Assembly (NCBI GenBank): GCA_043819135.1 | Contig: JBDRFG010000072.1 | Location: forward strand, 8,240-72,239 | DNA length: 64,000 bases | Direction: 5' to 3' | DNA from: Candidatus Eiseniibacteriota bacterium | Lineage (GTDB): Bacteria; Joyebacterota; Joyebacteria; Joyebacterales; Joyebacteraceae | Part shown: positions 8,306 to 19,800 of the stretch, piece after piece | Layout of the letters: each line of letters begins with the position of its first letter | How positions within the stretch are numbered: position 1 is the stretch's first letter | The notes under the pieces: model-generated | What the model saw: only the letters and a program-made list of their open reading frames with translations | Told to the model about the DNA's origin: nothing | Databases searched by the model: none | Made by a program: the position numbers and the translations under genes

Positions 8306-10696
8306 CTACCCCGCCGTGGGATCGCCGAGCTTCCGTGCGATCTCCTCGATCTCGTAGACCTCGATCAGGTCACCCTGCGTGACATCGTCAAAACCCGTGA
8401 ATCCGATGCCGCACTCGAAGCCCGTCTGCACCTCTCGCACGTCGTCCTTGAAGCGCTTCAGCGAATCGATCTTGCCCTCGTATAGCACCATCTCGTCGCG
8501 TATCACCCGCGACTTGGAGTTTCGCTTGATCGTGCCGGAGAGCACGTAGCATCCGGCAATGAGACCGCGGTTGGGCACCTTGAAGGTCTCTCTGACCTCC
8601 GCCGTGCCCGCCATGACCTCGCGACGCTCAGGCTCCAGCATGCCTTCCATCGCCGCCTTGATGTCCTCTACCACCTCGTAGATGATCCTGTAGAGCCTTA
8701 TCTCCACGCGTTCGCGACGAGACAGCTCGCGGACCTTGACCGTCGCTCCGATGTGGAAACCCACGATTATCGCGTTCGATGCGGCGGCCAGGAGCACGTC
8801 CGTCTCCGTGACTGCGCCCACGGCCTTCCTGATGACCTCTACCTTGACCTCGGCGGTCGACAGCTTCTCCAGGGCATCCGCCAGCGCGCCCACCGACCCG
8901 TCGACATCACCCTTGATGACGATCCTGAGCTCCTTCACCGCGCCCTCGACGATCTGCTTGTGCAAATCCTCGAGCGTTATGCGGTGTTGGAACCGGGTCT
9001 GACGCTCCCACTGCTGCTGGCTGCGCTTCGCGCTGATTTCCTTAGCGAGGCGATCGTCAGAGACCACGGCCAGAAGGTCGCCGGCCTGCGGCACGCCGTT
9101 CAGCCCCGAGATCTGCACCGGCATGGACGGTCCGGCCTCATCGACGTTCTTGCCGCGCTCGTTGTACAGCGCCCGGACCTTCCCGTTAGCCAGTCCGACG
9201 ACGAAGGGGTCCCCAACGTGCAGCGTCCCGCTCTGCACCAGGACGGTCGCTACAACTCCGCGCCCTCGCTCCTTCTCCACTTCGATGACCACTCCTCGTG
9301 CCGGGGCTACAGGAACCGCCTTCAGCTCGAGCAACTCGGACTGCATCAGGATCATCTCCAGCAGCTTGTCCACACCGTCACCGGTCTTGGCCGACGTCCC
9401 CACGGCAACCGTGTCGCCGCCCCACTCTTCGACAGTCAGGCCGTGGTTGGAGAGCTCCGCCTTGACCTTGTCCGGGTTCGCGGTCGGAAGGTCCATCTTA
9501 TTCAGGGCCACGATGACCGGAACGCCTGCCGCACGAGCATGGTCTATCGCCTCGAGCGTCTGCGGCATGACCCCGTCGTCAGCGGCAACGACCAGCACGA
9601 CGACGTCCGTGATCTGTGCACCGCGCGCGCGCATCGCCGTGAACGCCTCGTGACCCGGCGTGTCCAGGAACGTCACTGCCTTGTCACCTATCTGAACCTC
9701 GTAGGCGCCGATGTGCTGCGTGATGCCTCCGGATTCGCCGGCGACGATGTTGCTGCTCCTTATGTAGTCGAGAAGGAGCGTCTTGCCGTGGTCAACGTGC
9801 CCCATCACGACCACAACGGGTGGTCTGGGCTCCTCGTCGGCATCTTCGACGGCCGCGACCTCCTCGCGATCGAGGATATCTTCTCCGTACTCCTTTATGA
9901 ACTCAACGTCCTCGCCGAACTCGTCGGCCAGGAGGAGGATGGTGTCCTCGTCCAACCTCTGGTTGATCGTAACCATGAGACCGATATCGAGGCACTTCTT
10001 GATGATGTCGTTCACCGGGAGCTCGAAACCCTCCGCCAGCTCGGCCACTGACGAGAATTCCGGGACCTGGAGCTTCGTCTGCGCCTCCTCGAACTCCCCA
10101 CCCCCGTCGGGCCTGTCACGCCTGCGCCGCCTCTTGGGACGCTTGTCGCCCGCGGTCGCCGCCATGGTCCGTCGAACCGTGTCCTCCACTGTCTTCTGGT
10201 CGACTCGCGGCCGCCTCTTCGGACGCCGCTTCCGGGACGCGCTCGCGCGATCAGCCGTGGCCGGCGCCGTCGATGGCGCCTTCGCCGACGGCGCAGCCGC
10301 TGGAGTCGTCGCCTGCTTCGGAGGCTCCGCCGTGCTCTTCTTCGCGACAGGAGCGGCCGCCTTGGCCCTGGTGGCAGGAGCGGCCGCCTTGGCCTTCGTG
10401 GCTCCCTCCGCCTTCTTCCCCTTCCCCGCCTCCGGAGCCTTGGCCCGCTCACGCGCCGCCTTCTTCACTCTCTTGGCGTACTCGCGCTTGACCGCGTCCT
10501 TCTCCTTCTCGAACTCGGCACGAGCCTTATCGACGACGTCGTCGTCGATGGCGTTCATGTGCGTCTTCACGTCGTAGCCGAGCTTCACGAGCACGCCGAT
10601 GAGAGCCTCGCTTGATATGCGAAACTCCTTCGCTACCTGGTATACTCTGCGTTTCACCTGGTCGTACCTCCGTGTGTTCGGCCGTGAGGTGGGCAC
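8306..10696 (-). CDS. infB: Translation initiation factor IF-2
   Basis: 796 aa. G domain VVVMGHVDHGKTLLLD, DTPGHEAF, NKMD. N-terminal Ala/Lys/Pro-rich low-complexity region. Confidence 0.97.
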   Translation of the reverse strand: MPTSRPNTRRYDQVKRRVYQVAKEFRISSEALIGVLVKLGYDVKTHMNAIDDDVVDKARAEFEKEKDAVKREYAKRVKKAARERAKAPEAGKGKKAEGATKAKAAAPATRAKAAAPVAKKSTAEPPKQATTPAAAPSAKAPSTAPATADRASASRKRRPKRRPRVDQKTVEDTVRRTMAATAGDKRPKRRRRRDRPDGGGEFEEAQTKLQVPEFSSVAELAEGFELPVNDIIKKCLDIGLMVTINQRLDEDTILLLADEFGEDVEFIKEYGEDILDREEVAAVEDADEEPRPPVVVVMGHVDHGKTLLLDYIRSSNIVAGESGGITQHIGAYEVQIGDKAVTFLDTPGHEAFTAMRARGAQITDVVVLVVAADDGVMPQTLEAIDHARAAGVPVIVALNKMDLPTANPDKVKAELSNHGLTVEEWGGDTVAVGTSAKTGDGVDKLLEMILMQSELLELKAVPVAPARGVVIEVEKERGRGVVATVLVQSGTLHVGDPFVVGLANGKVRALYNERGKNVDEAGPSMPVQISGLNGVPQAGDLLAVVSDDRLAKEISAKRSQQQWERQTRFQHRITLEDLHKQIVEGAVKELRIVIKGDVDGSVGALADALEKLSTAEVKVEVIRKAVGAVTETDVLLAAASNAIIVGFHIGATVKVRELSRRERVEIRLYRIIYEVVEDIKAAMEGMLEPERREVMAGTAEVRETFKVPNRGLIAGCYVLSGTIKRNSKSRVIRDEMVLYEGKIDSLKRFKDDVREVQTGFECGIGFTGFDDVTQGDLIEVYEIEEIARKLGDPTAG

Positions 10697-10756
10697 GCGC
10701 GCCCTTCGCGGTCGCGGGCCCTCGTCGTCAAGTCCTCAGGAAGCGAGCGCCGTCAG

Positions 10757-12274
10757 CTACTCGAGTGCCTCGTCTTCCTCGGTCTCCTCGTTTGCATCTG
10801 CGTCGTCGGCGTCGGTGTCGTCGACGGCCTCTCCTGTATCTGTGTCTTCGGCGTCCCCGCTCTCATCGGGCGTCGCGTCGTCCTCCACGTCGTCCTCCGG
10901 GTCCGCTTCGGGTTCTTCACGAGCAGAGTCGGCTCTTGCACGCTCCGCCTCGCGGGCGGCAGCGCGTTCCATTGCCTCGGTCCGGGCCTGCTCCTCGATC
11001 TCCCGGAGGATGTCCTGCTTCTCCTCCTCGAGAACCTCGAGGACGGCCGCGACCGCGATGGATATCTTCTCCGCCGTCTTGGGACCCAGACCAGGGACCC
11101 TCAGGATGTCCTCGGTCGGGACACCATCCAGATCTTGAACGTGGCGGTAACCCGCCTGTGCCAGGCTGGTAGCGAGCTTCGGGCCCACGCCGGGCAGTTC
11201 GCTGACTTCCACTCGCTGGGAGAGGTCTATCTCGAACTCTCGCGAGTGCTCCGTCTCGCCGACTATGTCTATCTTCCAGCCGGTGAGCTTCGCCGCCAGA
11301 CGAGCGTTCTGGCCGCCCTTACCGATGGCCAGGGAGAGCTGATCGTCAGGAACGATCACTTTGACGGTGTGTTCCGACTCGTTGACCACGGCCTTCGAGA
11401 CCTTGGCCGGATTGAGCGCACGCGAGACCAGGACCGAGGGGTCGGGGTTCCACGGCACGATGTCGATCTTCTCGCCCGCCAGTTCCCGTACGATGGTCTG
11501 GATGCGCGACCCCTTGACACCGACACAGGCGCCAACGGGATCCACGCGCTCATCGTGCGAGACCACGGCTACCTTCGAGCGGCCGCCGGCCTCTCTCGCG
11601 ATAGTCACTATCTCCACGACGCTGTCGTAGATCTCAGGTACCTCCAACCGGAAGAGCTTCTTCAGGAAGTTGGGATGCGTCCTCGACAGGATTATCTGCG
11701 GGCCCTTCGTGGTCTTTTCGACCGAGAGCAGGTACGCCCTTATACGGTCGCCCTGGCGATACCGCTCCCGACGTATCTGTTCTCTGGACGGCAGCAGGGC
11801 CTCCGTGCGCCCCAGGTTGACCACTATGCCCCCGCGCTCGATCTGCTGCACGTCTCCGGTGATGATCTCGCCGATCCTGTCCTGGAAGTCGCCGTAGATC
11901 TGCTCCCTCTCCGCCTCCCGCACCCTCTGCACAACGATCTGCTTCGCGGCCTGGATCGCGTTCCGTCCGAACTCGTCGAACGGCACCTCCACGCGCGCGA
12001 CGTCGCCTATCTCGTAGGTCGCGTCCAGTTCCTGCGCCTCTTCTACGTCGATCTCGAGAATGTCATCCTCGGGGGTGTCTACGACGGTCTTGCTTAGGAA
12101 TACCCCGATCGCGTCATCCACGCTGTCTACGATGACCTCGATCTCCGCCGCCGGCCCGTACTTCTTGCGCGCAGCCGAGAGCAACCCGGCCTCGAGCGCC
12201 TCCCTCAGGAGGTCTCCGTCCAGCTGCTTCTCACGCGCGATTCTCCGAAGAGCTTCCAGCACACCAGTGTTCAT
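10757..12274 (-). CDS. nusA: Transcription termination/antitermination factor NusA with acidic C-terminal tail
   Basis: S1 and KH domains (GGQNARLAAKLTGWKIDI). Long Asp/Glu-rich C-terminus. Start taken at MNTGVLEAL. Confidence 0.95.
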   Translation of the reverse strand: MNTGVLEALRRIAREKQLDGDLLREALEAGLLSAARKKYGPAAEIEVIVDSVDDAIGVFLSKTVVDTPEDDILEIDVEEAQELDATYEIGDVARVEVPFDEFGRNAIQAAKQIVVQRVREAEREQIYGDFQDRIGEIITGDVQQIERGGIVVNLGRTEALLPSREQIRRERYRQGDRIRAYLLSVEKTTKGPQIILSRTHPNFLKKLFRLEVPEIYDSVVEIVTIAREAGGRSKVAVVSHDERVDPVGACVGVKGSRIQTIVRELAGEKIDIVPWNPDPSVLVSRALNPAKVSKAVVNESEHTVKVIVPDDQLSLAIGKGGQNARLAAKLTGWKIDIVGETEHSREFEIDLSQRVEVSELPGVGPKLATSLAQAGYRHVQDLDGVPTEDILRVPGLGPKTAEKISIAVAAVLEVLEEEKQDILREIEEQARTEAMERAAAREAERARADSAREEPEADPEDDVEDDATPDESGDAEDTDTGEAVDDTDADDADANEETEEDEALE

Positions 12275-12337
12275 CGTTGCTGCTCCCGAACGGCAGCGGG
12301 GCCTTCCCCGCACCGTCGAATCCCAACCCGTGCACGG

Positions 12338-12790
12338 TCAGAACGTCAGCCGCGCCCGGGCTATGTCCGTAAGAGGTATGGACAGCTCCTCGCCATCCGT
12401 GAGCGCAATGCGGACGACGCCACCCTCGGCGCCCCCTATCACGCCCTCTATCACATTCCGGCCCTCGCTGTCGTCTCTCAACACGAGGCGAGCTTCACGA
12501 CCGGCGAAGTGGACGTACTCCCTTTCCTTCTTGAGGCGATGGTCGAGACCCGGGGAACTGACCTCGAGAACGTAACCGCTTGCGAGTTCCGGCTCCGCGT
12601 CCAGCAGATAGGACACCTCGCGACTGACGGTCCCGCAGTCCTCGAGTGAAACGCCGCCGTGGGCGTCGATGCAGAAGCGGAAGGTCCTTCTCCCGTGCTC
12701 GACGACCTCGTCCACGTCCACCAGAACGAAGCCCATCCCCTCGACGAGACCCCGGGAGAGTGAGTAGAGCTTCTCGTCCATTCGTTCCAT
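12338..12790 (-). CDS. rimP: Ribosome maturation factor RimP
   Basis: ...GMGFVLVDVDEV...RFCIDAHGGVSLEDC...LEVSSPGLDHRL. Start reassigned to internal MERMDEK. Confidence 0.85.
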   Translation of the reverse strand: MERMDEKLYSLSRGLVEGMGFVLVDVDEVVEHGRRTFRFCIDAHGGVSLEDCGTVSREVSYLLDAEPELASGYVLEVSSPGLDHRLKKEREYVHFAGREARLVLRDDSEGRNVIEGVIGGAEGGVVRIALTDGEELSIPLTDIARARLTF

Positions 12791-12945
12791 CCGAAACCTC
12801 GCAACGGGCCCCAATACGACAAAAGCGGGCCCCCTGCCCACTTCCCGAGTGACAACGTAGCACGCCCCTGTGAACGACGCAAGGGAAAAAGCGTGCGGGA
12901 AACGCTACGCTCGTGCTGTTGCGAGGCAGATGTCAGAGGCGCCGA

Positions 12946-13857
12946 CTAGTAGATGAGCTCCGCGAGGACCGCCCCGACCTCCCTCAGGCTCCTGGGGCTG
13001 CACTTGTCAGGCGTGTCCCCTACGGTGTGCCAGTGGGCGTAGTCGAAGTCGATTATCAGGACGGCCGGAACGCCCGCCTGAATGAGAGGAATATGATCGT
13101 CGAACATCGCCGTGCCCGGCCCGTCGCTGAAGCTCGTCGCTCCTACGCGCTCTGCCGCGTCCCAGACCATCCTTACTATCGAGGGACAAGCGCTCGCCGA
13201 ATTCGGCTCGACGGGAATCGCGAGGTCGCGGTCTCCGACCATGTCCACGACCACGGCGTAGGCCGGTGCGTAGTCGCCCATTCTGCCCGCGAAGACGGTC
13301 GAGCCGATGCAGAAGTTGTCGAATCCGCCTCCGTTGCCTCCGTCCTCGCCGTCGAAGAAGACAAGGTCCACGCCAACATCGGGACTCCGCACCGACATCA
13401 TCGACGCAAGCGCCAGCAGAACGGCGACGCCGGACGCCCCGTCGTTGGCTCCACTGATCGGCGTGGCGCGGTTCATCTCGTCCGGATCGCGCTCCGCTAT
13501 CCGCCTCGTGTCCCAGTGCGCGCCGAAAAGCACCCTCTCCCGAGCGTCCATCCGGAAGGAGGCGATCACGTTCGAGAGCTTGACCTCCAGGCCGTCCGTG
13601 TCCAGCACCGTGAACTGCTGCACCGAGACCTCGTCGGCGTACCCCTGCAGGACGCCAATGAGCCACTCGCGCATGGCCTCGTGCGCGTCGCTTCCGGGCG
13701 GCCTCGGGCCGAACTCGCATTGCCGTTCGAGGAAGGTGAAGGCCAGATCGCCGTCGTACTCGGGCCTTCCGCAACCGGCCACAAAGGTGACCAGCACGAC
13801 AGCTCCGATAAGCACGAACACGGCGGCCGTGCGCCTGACAACATCGCGAGCAGCCAC
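12946..13857 (-). CDS. M28-family zinc metallo-lipoprotein, glutaminyl-cyclase-like (or aminopeptidase)
   Basis: Lipoprotein signal with lipobox (LVTFVAGC). Metal-ligand blocks HWDT, GANDGASGVAVLLALA, FFDGEDGG, VVDMVG, AHWHT parallel animal-type QC and M28 aminopeptidases. GTG start overlaps the stop of the giant upstream gene by 1 nt. Confidence 0.7.
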   Translation of the reverse strand: MAARDVVRRTAAVFVLIGAVVLVTFVAGCGRPEYDGDLAFTFLERQCEFGPRPPGSDAHEAMREWLIGVLQGYADEVSVQQFTVLDTDGLEVKLSNVIASFRMDARERVLFGAHWDTRRIAERDPDEMNRATPISGANDGASGVAVLLALASMMSVRSPDVGVDLVFFDGEDGGNGGGFDNFCIGSTVFAGRMGDYAPAYAVVVDMVGDRDLAIPVEPNSASACPSIVRMVWDAAERVGATSFSDGPGTAMFDDHIPLIQAGVPAVLIIDFDYAHWHTVGDTPDKCSPRSLREVGAVLAELIY

Positions 13858-16800
13858 TAGAACTTGAACTCCGCTGAGAGGTGCATGCCGATCGTTCGGC
13901 GCGTCTGGTCCCGCTTCTCGTCTCGGCTCTGCGAGAAGCTGATCTGCAGGCCGCCGGACACGCTTCTCGAGAAGCTGTAAGTGAGGTCCGTTGTCACCGA
14001 GAAGTCGCGCGTCGATGACGTCGGGTCTACCTGAAGCAGCCCGTGCTCGTCCTGGGCCGTTCGCGACACTTTCGCAGATGTGCGCAGGGTCAGCGACGTA
14101 TCCAGGTTGCTCTGGAACTTCAGTTTCTGCCCGAAGAATGGGAGCTTGAGACCCTGGGGTGCCGAGAATCTGTAGTTCAGGCTCAGGCTCATCGAGCCCG
14201 TGTCATCCTCGTTCACCGATCCTGCCCCCGTGAGGATGTAGCTCCTCGTCGTCCTCTTGTCCCACGAGAAATTGCCGGTGACTCCATTCTTGAACGTGGT
14301 GTCCACCGAGATCACCGGGTTCATACCGAACGCCTTGGCTCGGGTGGTCGGCTCGTCGGCCGGCCCGGAGTGAGAACGCTTGTACTCGACCCCGCTTCTC
14401 GCTCCGATCTTCGAGCACACGTTTGAGAGTGGCCCCAGCTTCTCGATGCCGTTCCACGAAAGCGTGCCCTTCCCACTCTCGCTCGTCGACCCTGTCTCCG
14501 TCGTCAGAGTGACCGAATCCGACAGGGCATTCTTGTACCAGCGTCCACCCGTGGTTCTCTTGTAGGAACCCTTCACACGCACCTGGCTCGTGACCTTCAG
14601 TCCCGAGTCGAGCGAGAGGGTGCGTTCCTCCGTACGGTCATCCGCCCCTTCACCGCTCGAGAGCCCGAGGCGATAGCTCCAGTCCGGCAACTGGCCAGCC
14701 GTGATCCGGTCGTACCGAGAGCTGGTCTTGATCGAGTAACGCGCCTCGATCGCGTCCGTGTTTCTCACAAGCGTCAGCACCGGACGTATCAGGTCTCCGA
14801 ACCCCGGACCCAGCGCCCCCTCATCGCCCTCCTCCGCGGACGTTTCCCCTTCGCCTCTCGTGGCCGCCGGCGGTTCACCCCCTTCGCCGCTCGGGGCCGT
14901 CGGCGGTTCATTCCCTTCGCCGCTCGGGGCCGTCGGCGGTTCATCACCGTCGCCGTTCTCGTCGACGCTGTCCCGACCCGCCTCCCGCGCGTCGGTGCGC
15001 TCGTCGACGCGTGGTGCCGTCTCTTCATCCGCATCGCCGGACGTCTCGGTCGGCTTCTCCTCGCGGTCTCCGCCCTCCCTGGTCTCCCTCCTGCCTCTGG
15101 GAGTGCCGCTCCGCGGAGTAGACGCCGGACCGAGCAGCTTCTTGATATCGAAGCTCGCACGTATGTCCTGGTTGTTCTGGGCACGCACGTCCCTGATACC
15201 GAAGGGGTCGCCCGCGCGGCGCACCTGCGGCCCGTGATTGTCCGTGAACGAAGAGCTGAAGCTGTACTGCGGCGCGAACCACCTCCCGAACTTGGGGTTG
15301 AAGCTCAGCGAGTTCGAATAGCGACGTTCGGTCTCGACCCCCGCGTTCAGATCGTAGACGACCCGGTTGATTGGTTCGAGATCCCGCTTCACCGCCACGC
15401 TGTGAGAGGTCCTGAGATTCTCCAGGAACTGGAAATCGATTCCCGCGTCCGCGTTCAGTTTCTTGTCGTGATTGTTCGAGCGCTGGGTCTTCACGCCGAT
15501 GGCCGAGATGTCGTAGTTCTGCGTGCGGATCAGGTGAACGTCCGTGTTGAATCTGAAGCTGGTCGGCTTGAGAAACAGCTCGGTGTTCCCGAACAGCCGC
15601 AGTCCCTGCTTCTCGGGAGAATACCTGTACGAGAGCCTGCCCCTGAGAGTTCTCGAGGTGTCGGCCTTCGTCGGAGACGCCTTCTCATGCTCGGCCAGCG
15701 ACGCGCGCAGCGACAATCCGTCCACGAGGAGATGCGTCCAGAAGTCGGGAGACTGTCGCTTCCTCGAAAGCGAAACCGCTATGCTCCTGTCGAGCGTCTC
15801 TGTCTTCTCGGACGCGCTCTGCTCCTCATCGAGCACGATGTCGGACCCGCTCGAGAATTTGGGTCTGCTGACCGATCGCTTCCACGTGACGTTGACCGGG
15901 GTCGATACGCCCAGCGCACTAACGAAACGATCCGCGTTCATCGTTCCTGTGAAATTGTAGGTGATGTTGTCCTGCCCGGAGCCGCGTAGCTGTTTCAGCG
16001 AATGGAACTCTCCGTCGACGTGCCTGAGGTCGAAGTCAACGTCGAGGAAGTCGGCAAACCTGGCCTCGACCGTCGCCCTCTCGGCCCAGCCGAGGTCTCT
16101 TCGGACCTCCGACAGACGGATGTCGTCCAACCACACCTCACCGGTGATGTCGGACGCGGCGGCCGCTTCGTTCCTGATACCCACAGTGAGCCGGCGGATC
16201 CTGGAGAGCGAGGGCCACCCCACGCGCCTGAACGTCTCCCCGCTGTACGCGCCCTCCGTCTCGGCCTCGTCCAGCGTGGCGAACTCGCCGAGCTTGAGGT
16301 CCGTGAAGCTTGTGAACGGGACAGTCAGAAGGTTGTCCCCGCTGCTCCTGTCCTGAAGCCACCCCGACCGGACTTCCAGGCTGTACTCGTAGTAGTTGAG
16401 CGAGTCGCGCCCCAGCCGCATGAAGAACACCGTGCCGTCCTCTACGGCGGCGCCACCGTGCAGGTAGAAGTCGAACGACTGATAGCCCGTGTAGTCCTCT
16501 TCGGAGTAGAACACCTTCCTTGCAGACGCCGTGTGCTCGCTACGCAGGTTCTCGTAGAGCAAGAAGATCGACTGTTCGCGCTTCGGAAGATTGGTGTCCT
16601 CATCAATTCCAGGATCAAACGGGGGATCGTAGTCCACGTCCTCCTTGGTGTTCTTCGTTCCGACCCGGAATCCCATGTCCCCCATGTTCTGGTCTGGAAC
16701 GACCTCGCCGTCCTCGTCGACGATCGGGCGCGGCTCCCACTGGCTCCCGACGATGTCCATCGACCCTATCATTATCTCGCCCGCGCCCACCGCAAGCCCG

Positions 16801-19800
16801 TTGGCCCAGATGCGAGCCGACTTAATCGACGTCCACGTGGCCATTCCGTTGGGCGACTCCGCGTGAGACAGCGGGAAGCGGTACTTCCTCCAGTAGTTGC
16901 CCGCGACCAGTTTGCTGTTGTCCTGGACGCGATACGTCGTGTCCGCCAGGTCAACCGTCAGCGTCCAGTAGCTGTTGTCCTGGTCCACGTACCCGTTCCC
17001 GTTCAGATCCTCCGTGTCCAGGCGCTCGTTGCCCTCTGTGCCGTTGATCTTCGAGTAGTCGTCGGAGTCGTATTCGAACTTGTAGTCGTCGTCGCCATCA
17101 TCGCCCGGCACGCCCTGCCCGTCGACGCCCGCCACCGTGTCGAGCCCGACGTCCTCGTCGGCGTCGAAACCGTTCGGTGGTACATCCACGTCTTCCGTCT
17201 CGAGCTCGCCGTTCGGCGACATCAGAGGGTAGTAGTCCTCGCTGATGTTTCCCAGATCGATGTAGAACGTACCGGTGGACTGCTCGATGGGTGCGCCGTC
17301 GTTTACCCACAGTTCGACGAACTGGTAGTCGGAGTAGTCGCTGCCGGTCTTGGACAGAAGTCTCATCAGTCCGGCCCACGACGCGGACCCGTCGGAGTCA
17401 TACGCGATCTCGAGCACGGTGTGAGAGTCGTCGGCTTCCTGCGCGGGCAGATCGGGATGAAGGTCGCCTTCCTGTACCTTGCGCTCCGGGTTGTACCAGT
17501 AGATATCCATCCGGTCTGACGCATCTATCTCGGGGAGATCGGGCACGCTGGAGGGGACCCACAGCCGTCTGGAGACGCCGAGCATGCTGACGTTCTCCGC
17601 CCCCTCCATGTCGTCGACGGACACGAATCCCTTGGTGTTCGGATTGGGTATCGACACGGCGGCCTCGGCGGAGATCTTCAACCGTGACTCCGCGTCCGTC
17701 TCGATGAAGGGAATCGCATCGACCACGCGGGTCATGAGCTCGGGCGTGAAGTCTGCTGAGAGGTTAACGTCGCCCACGACCGTCCGCGACGGCTCCTCAC
17801 CCAGCCGGGGACGATCCTCGGGCGTTCCCTTGCTCTGGTACATCCAGGTCGTCCCAAGCCTGATCTTCTCGCTCCAGTTGTAGACGCCCCTGGCTCCAAG
17901 CAGCGTTTTCTCACCCGCGATGCCGAAGGGCTTGTAGTCGTACTCGACAGTAACCTTGGCGTCGGGCTCCTTTGCCTCCTCCGCGAGGATCGTCAGCTGA
18001 CCGGCCGGATAATAGATGGTGTAGTCGGTACCACGCGTCAGCCTGACACCGTTCAGTCGGACGACCTCGCTGTTCTCAATGATGTTTATCTGACCGAGAT
18101 AGAACGTGGTCCTCGGACGGTTGTACTTGACGACGATGTAGTAGTCGTCGTCGCCCGCATCGAAGTTGTCCTTCGAGTAGACGGAGCAGTTCTTCTCGCT
18201 GTCTGAGAACTCGTCCGCGTAGTAGATGGGGTCGGGGCCGCCATCCGGCGCGTAGTAGAATCCCGTCGTGTCGTAGTCGGGGCAGAACGGTGTGAAGTGC
18301 GGAAAGCTGAGAAGGCCGTTCGTCAAGTCGAGCCAGGTCGGGTCCACATCACTGGAGCCAACACCGATCTCCTCGGTGTCCAGTCCAAGGAGCTTCGTGT
18401 ACGGCACGCCCGACTCATGGACTTCCTGGTCCTCCCCCGACGCGGCCGACCTGCGGATCGTCAGCTGGAACCCCTCTTCGGGAATGTCCTCTGCTCCCAG
18501 GTCGTAGATGTGCTTAAGTTCGTAGAGCCGTGTGCGTTCCCACCCGGTCGGCGTCGTGCTGTCGTCGTGCTTCATGAGCTTCAGGTACAGCGTCTGACTG
18601 CCCGCATCGTATCCGCCGACCGACACCGTGCCGCCGCCGTCCGTTACGCGCCCGTAGCTGACCGCGAGCATCTTCCCCTGCGTTATAGGGCGGGTCAGAA
18701 CGATCACACCCAGCTGGTAGCCGGATTCCTCGCCGTAGATCCCACTGCCCTGTGGGATGAAGTAGTCCTCGTTCTCGATGAGCTCGACAAAGAAACCCTC
18801 GCGACTGTAGGTAGCGTCGGCCGGAGGAGCTGCGCCCGGAGGCTCCTCGAGGTAGGCGATTCCCTCCTGCGCACCGTCCGACGTGTCGTTGGAGGAGATC
18901 CGGTCGTCCAGGTAGACTCTGATATTCTGGGCGCCAACATTGGAGTACTTGAGCGCCAGGTCGTCGATGACGAAGAACTTCCCGGCCCTGTACGAGATGT
19001 CCCTGATAACCAGCGAGTCCGATTCCGACGTGCCCGTGAAGTTCGCGCCCGCGGACTTGCCCTCCTCCTTGCTCGCAACGGTGACAAGCTCGAGCTTGCC
19101 TACCTTGGCCGTCATCTTCGCGCCGAAGAGGCCTTGGTGGTGACCGCTGTAGCTGACGAACTCCGTGCCCGGCAGCGACAGGTTGACCTCTCCGAGCTCT
19201 ATCTTCTGGATGATCTCGTCCTCGTCGCCTTCGTAGTGGACCCTGATCTGGTCCGCCTTGCTCCCGCCGAACGTGTCGCCTCCACTGCGATGGTCGACGT
19301 AGACGTGGATCTTGCGGCCGATCGTCCCCTCGAGATTGACCGTGAGCTGCTGCTGCATGTCCAGCTGGGGAAATCTCGACGGGCGCCCCGACTCTGTCTC
19401 GAGCGCCTCGACAACGTAGCTCGTCTGGCCACCGAACGTGATCCGCTCGCTACCACGCACCTTGAGATTCGCGCCCGGACCGATGGCCCGGACGAAGGGA
19501 CCGGGCAGCGGCATCGGTATGTCGATGTCGAGGAGGCCACGCCCCTGGCCGGTCTCAGCTCTGCCCAGCCTCTTGTGTATGACCTTCTCCCAGGCCTCCA
19601 GCACCATCGCGTCGCCCGCAAGGCGCTGATATTCGGCCAGTGGCGCCGCATAGCTCACCCACGACGTATGCTTGCCCACATCCGTAACAATGGTCATCGT
19701 CCCGTTCTCGTGGTCCACGACCACCCTCCGTGAGAACGGGACGGACGACGGGGCTCCCGGCGGCATCGAGGGCCGTCCTACCGCCAGACCCTTTGGCCGC

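Noticed and set aside
8753-10051. 432-aa plus-strand ORF
   Set aside because: Entirely antisense to infB, whose identification is unambiguous. Arg/Leu/His-rich composition typical of spurious high-GC antisense frames.
13007-13774. 255-aa and other Arg-rich ORFs overlapping the M28 gene (and the many 60-150-aa R/G/P-rich ORFs throughout)
   Set aside because: Same-locus alternate-frame or antisense ORFs with extreme Arg/Gly/Pro content, as expected at 67% GC. No motifs.
16002-17519. 505-aa plus-strand ORF (and 18297-19733, 478 aa)
   Set aside because: Both lie antisense within the giant OMP gene. Arg/Val/Leu-rich with no motifs, so high-GC artefacts.
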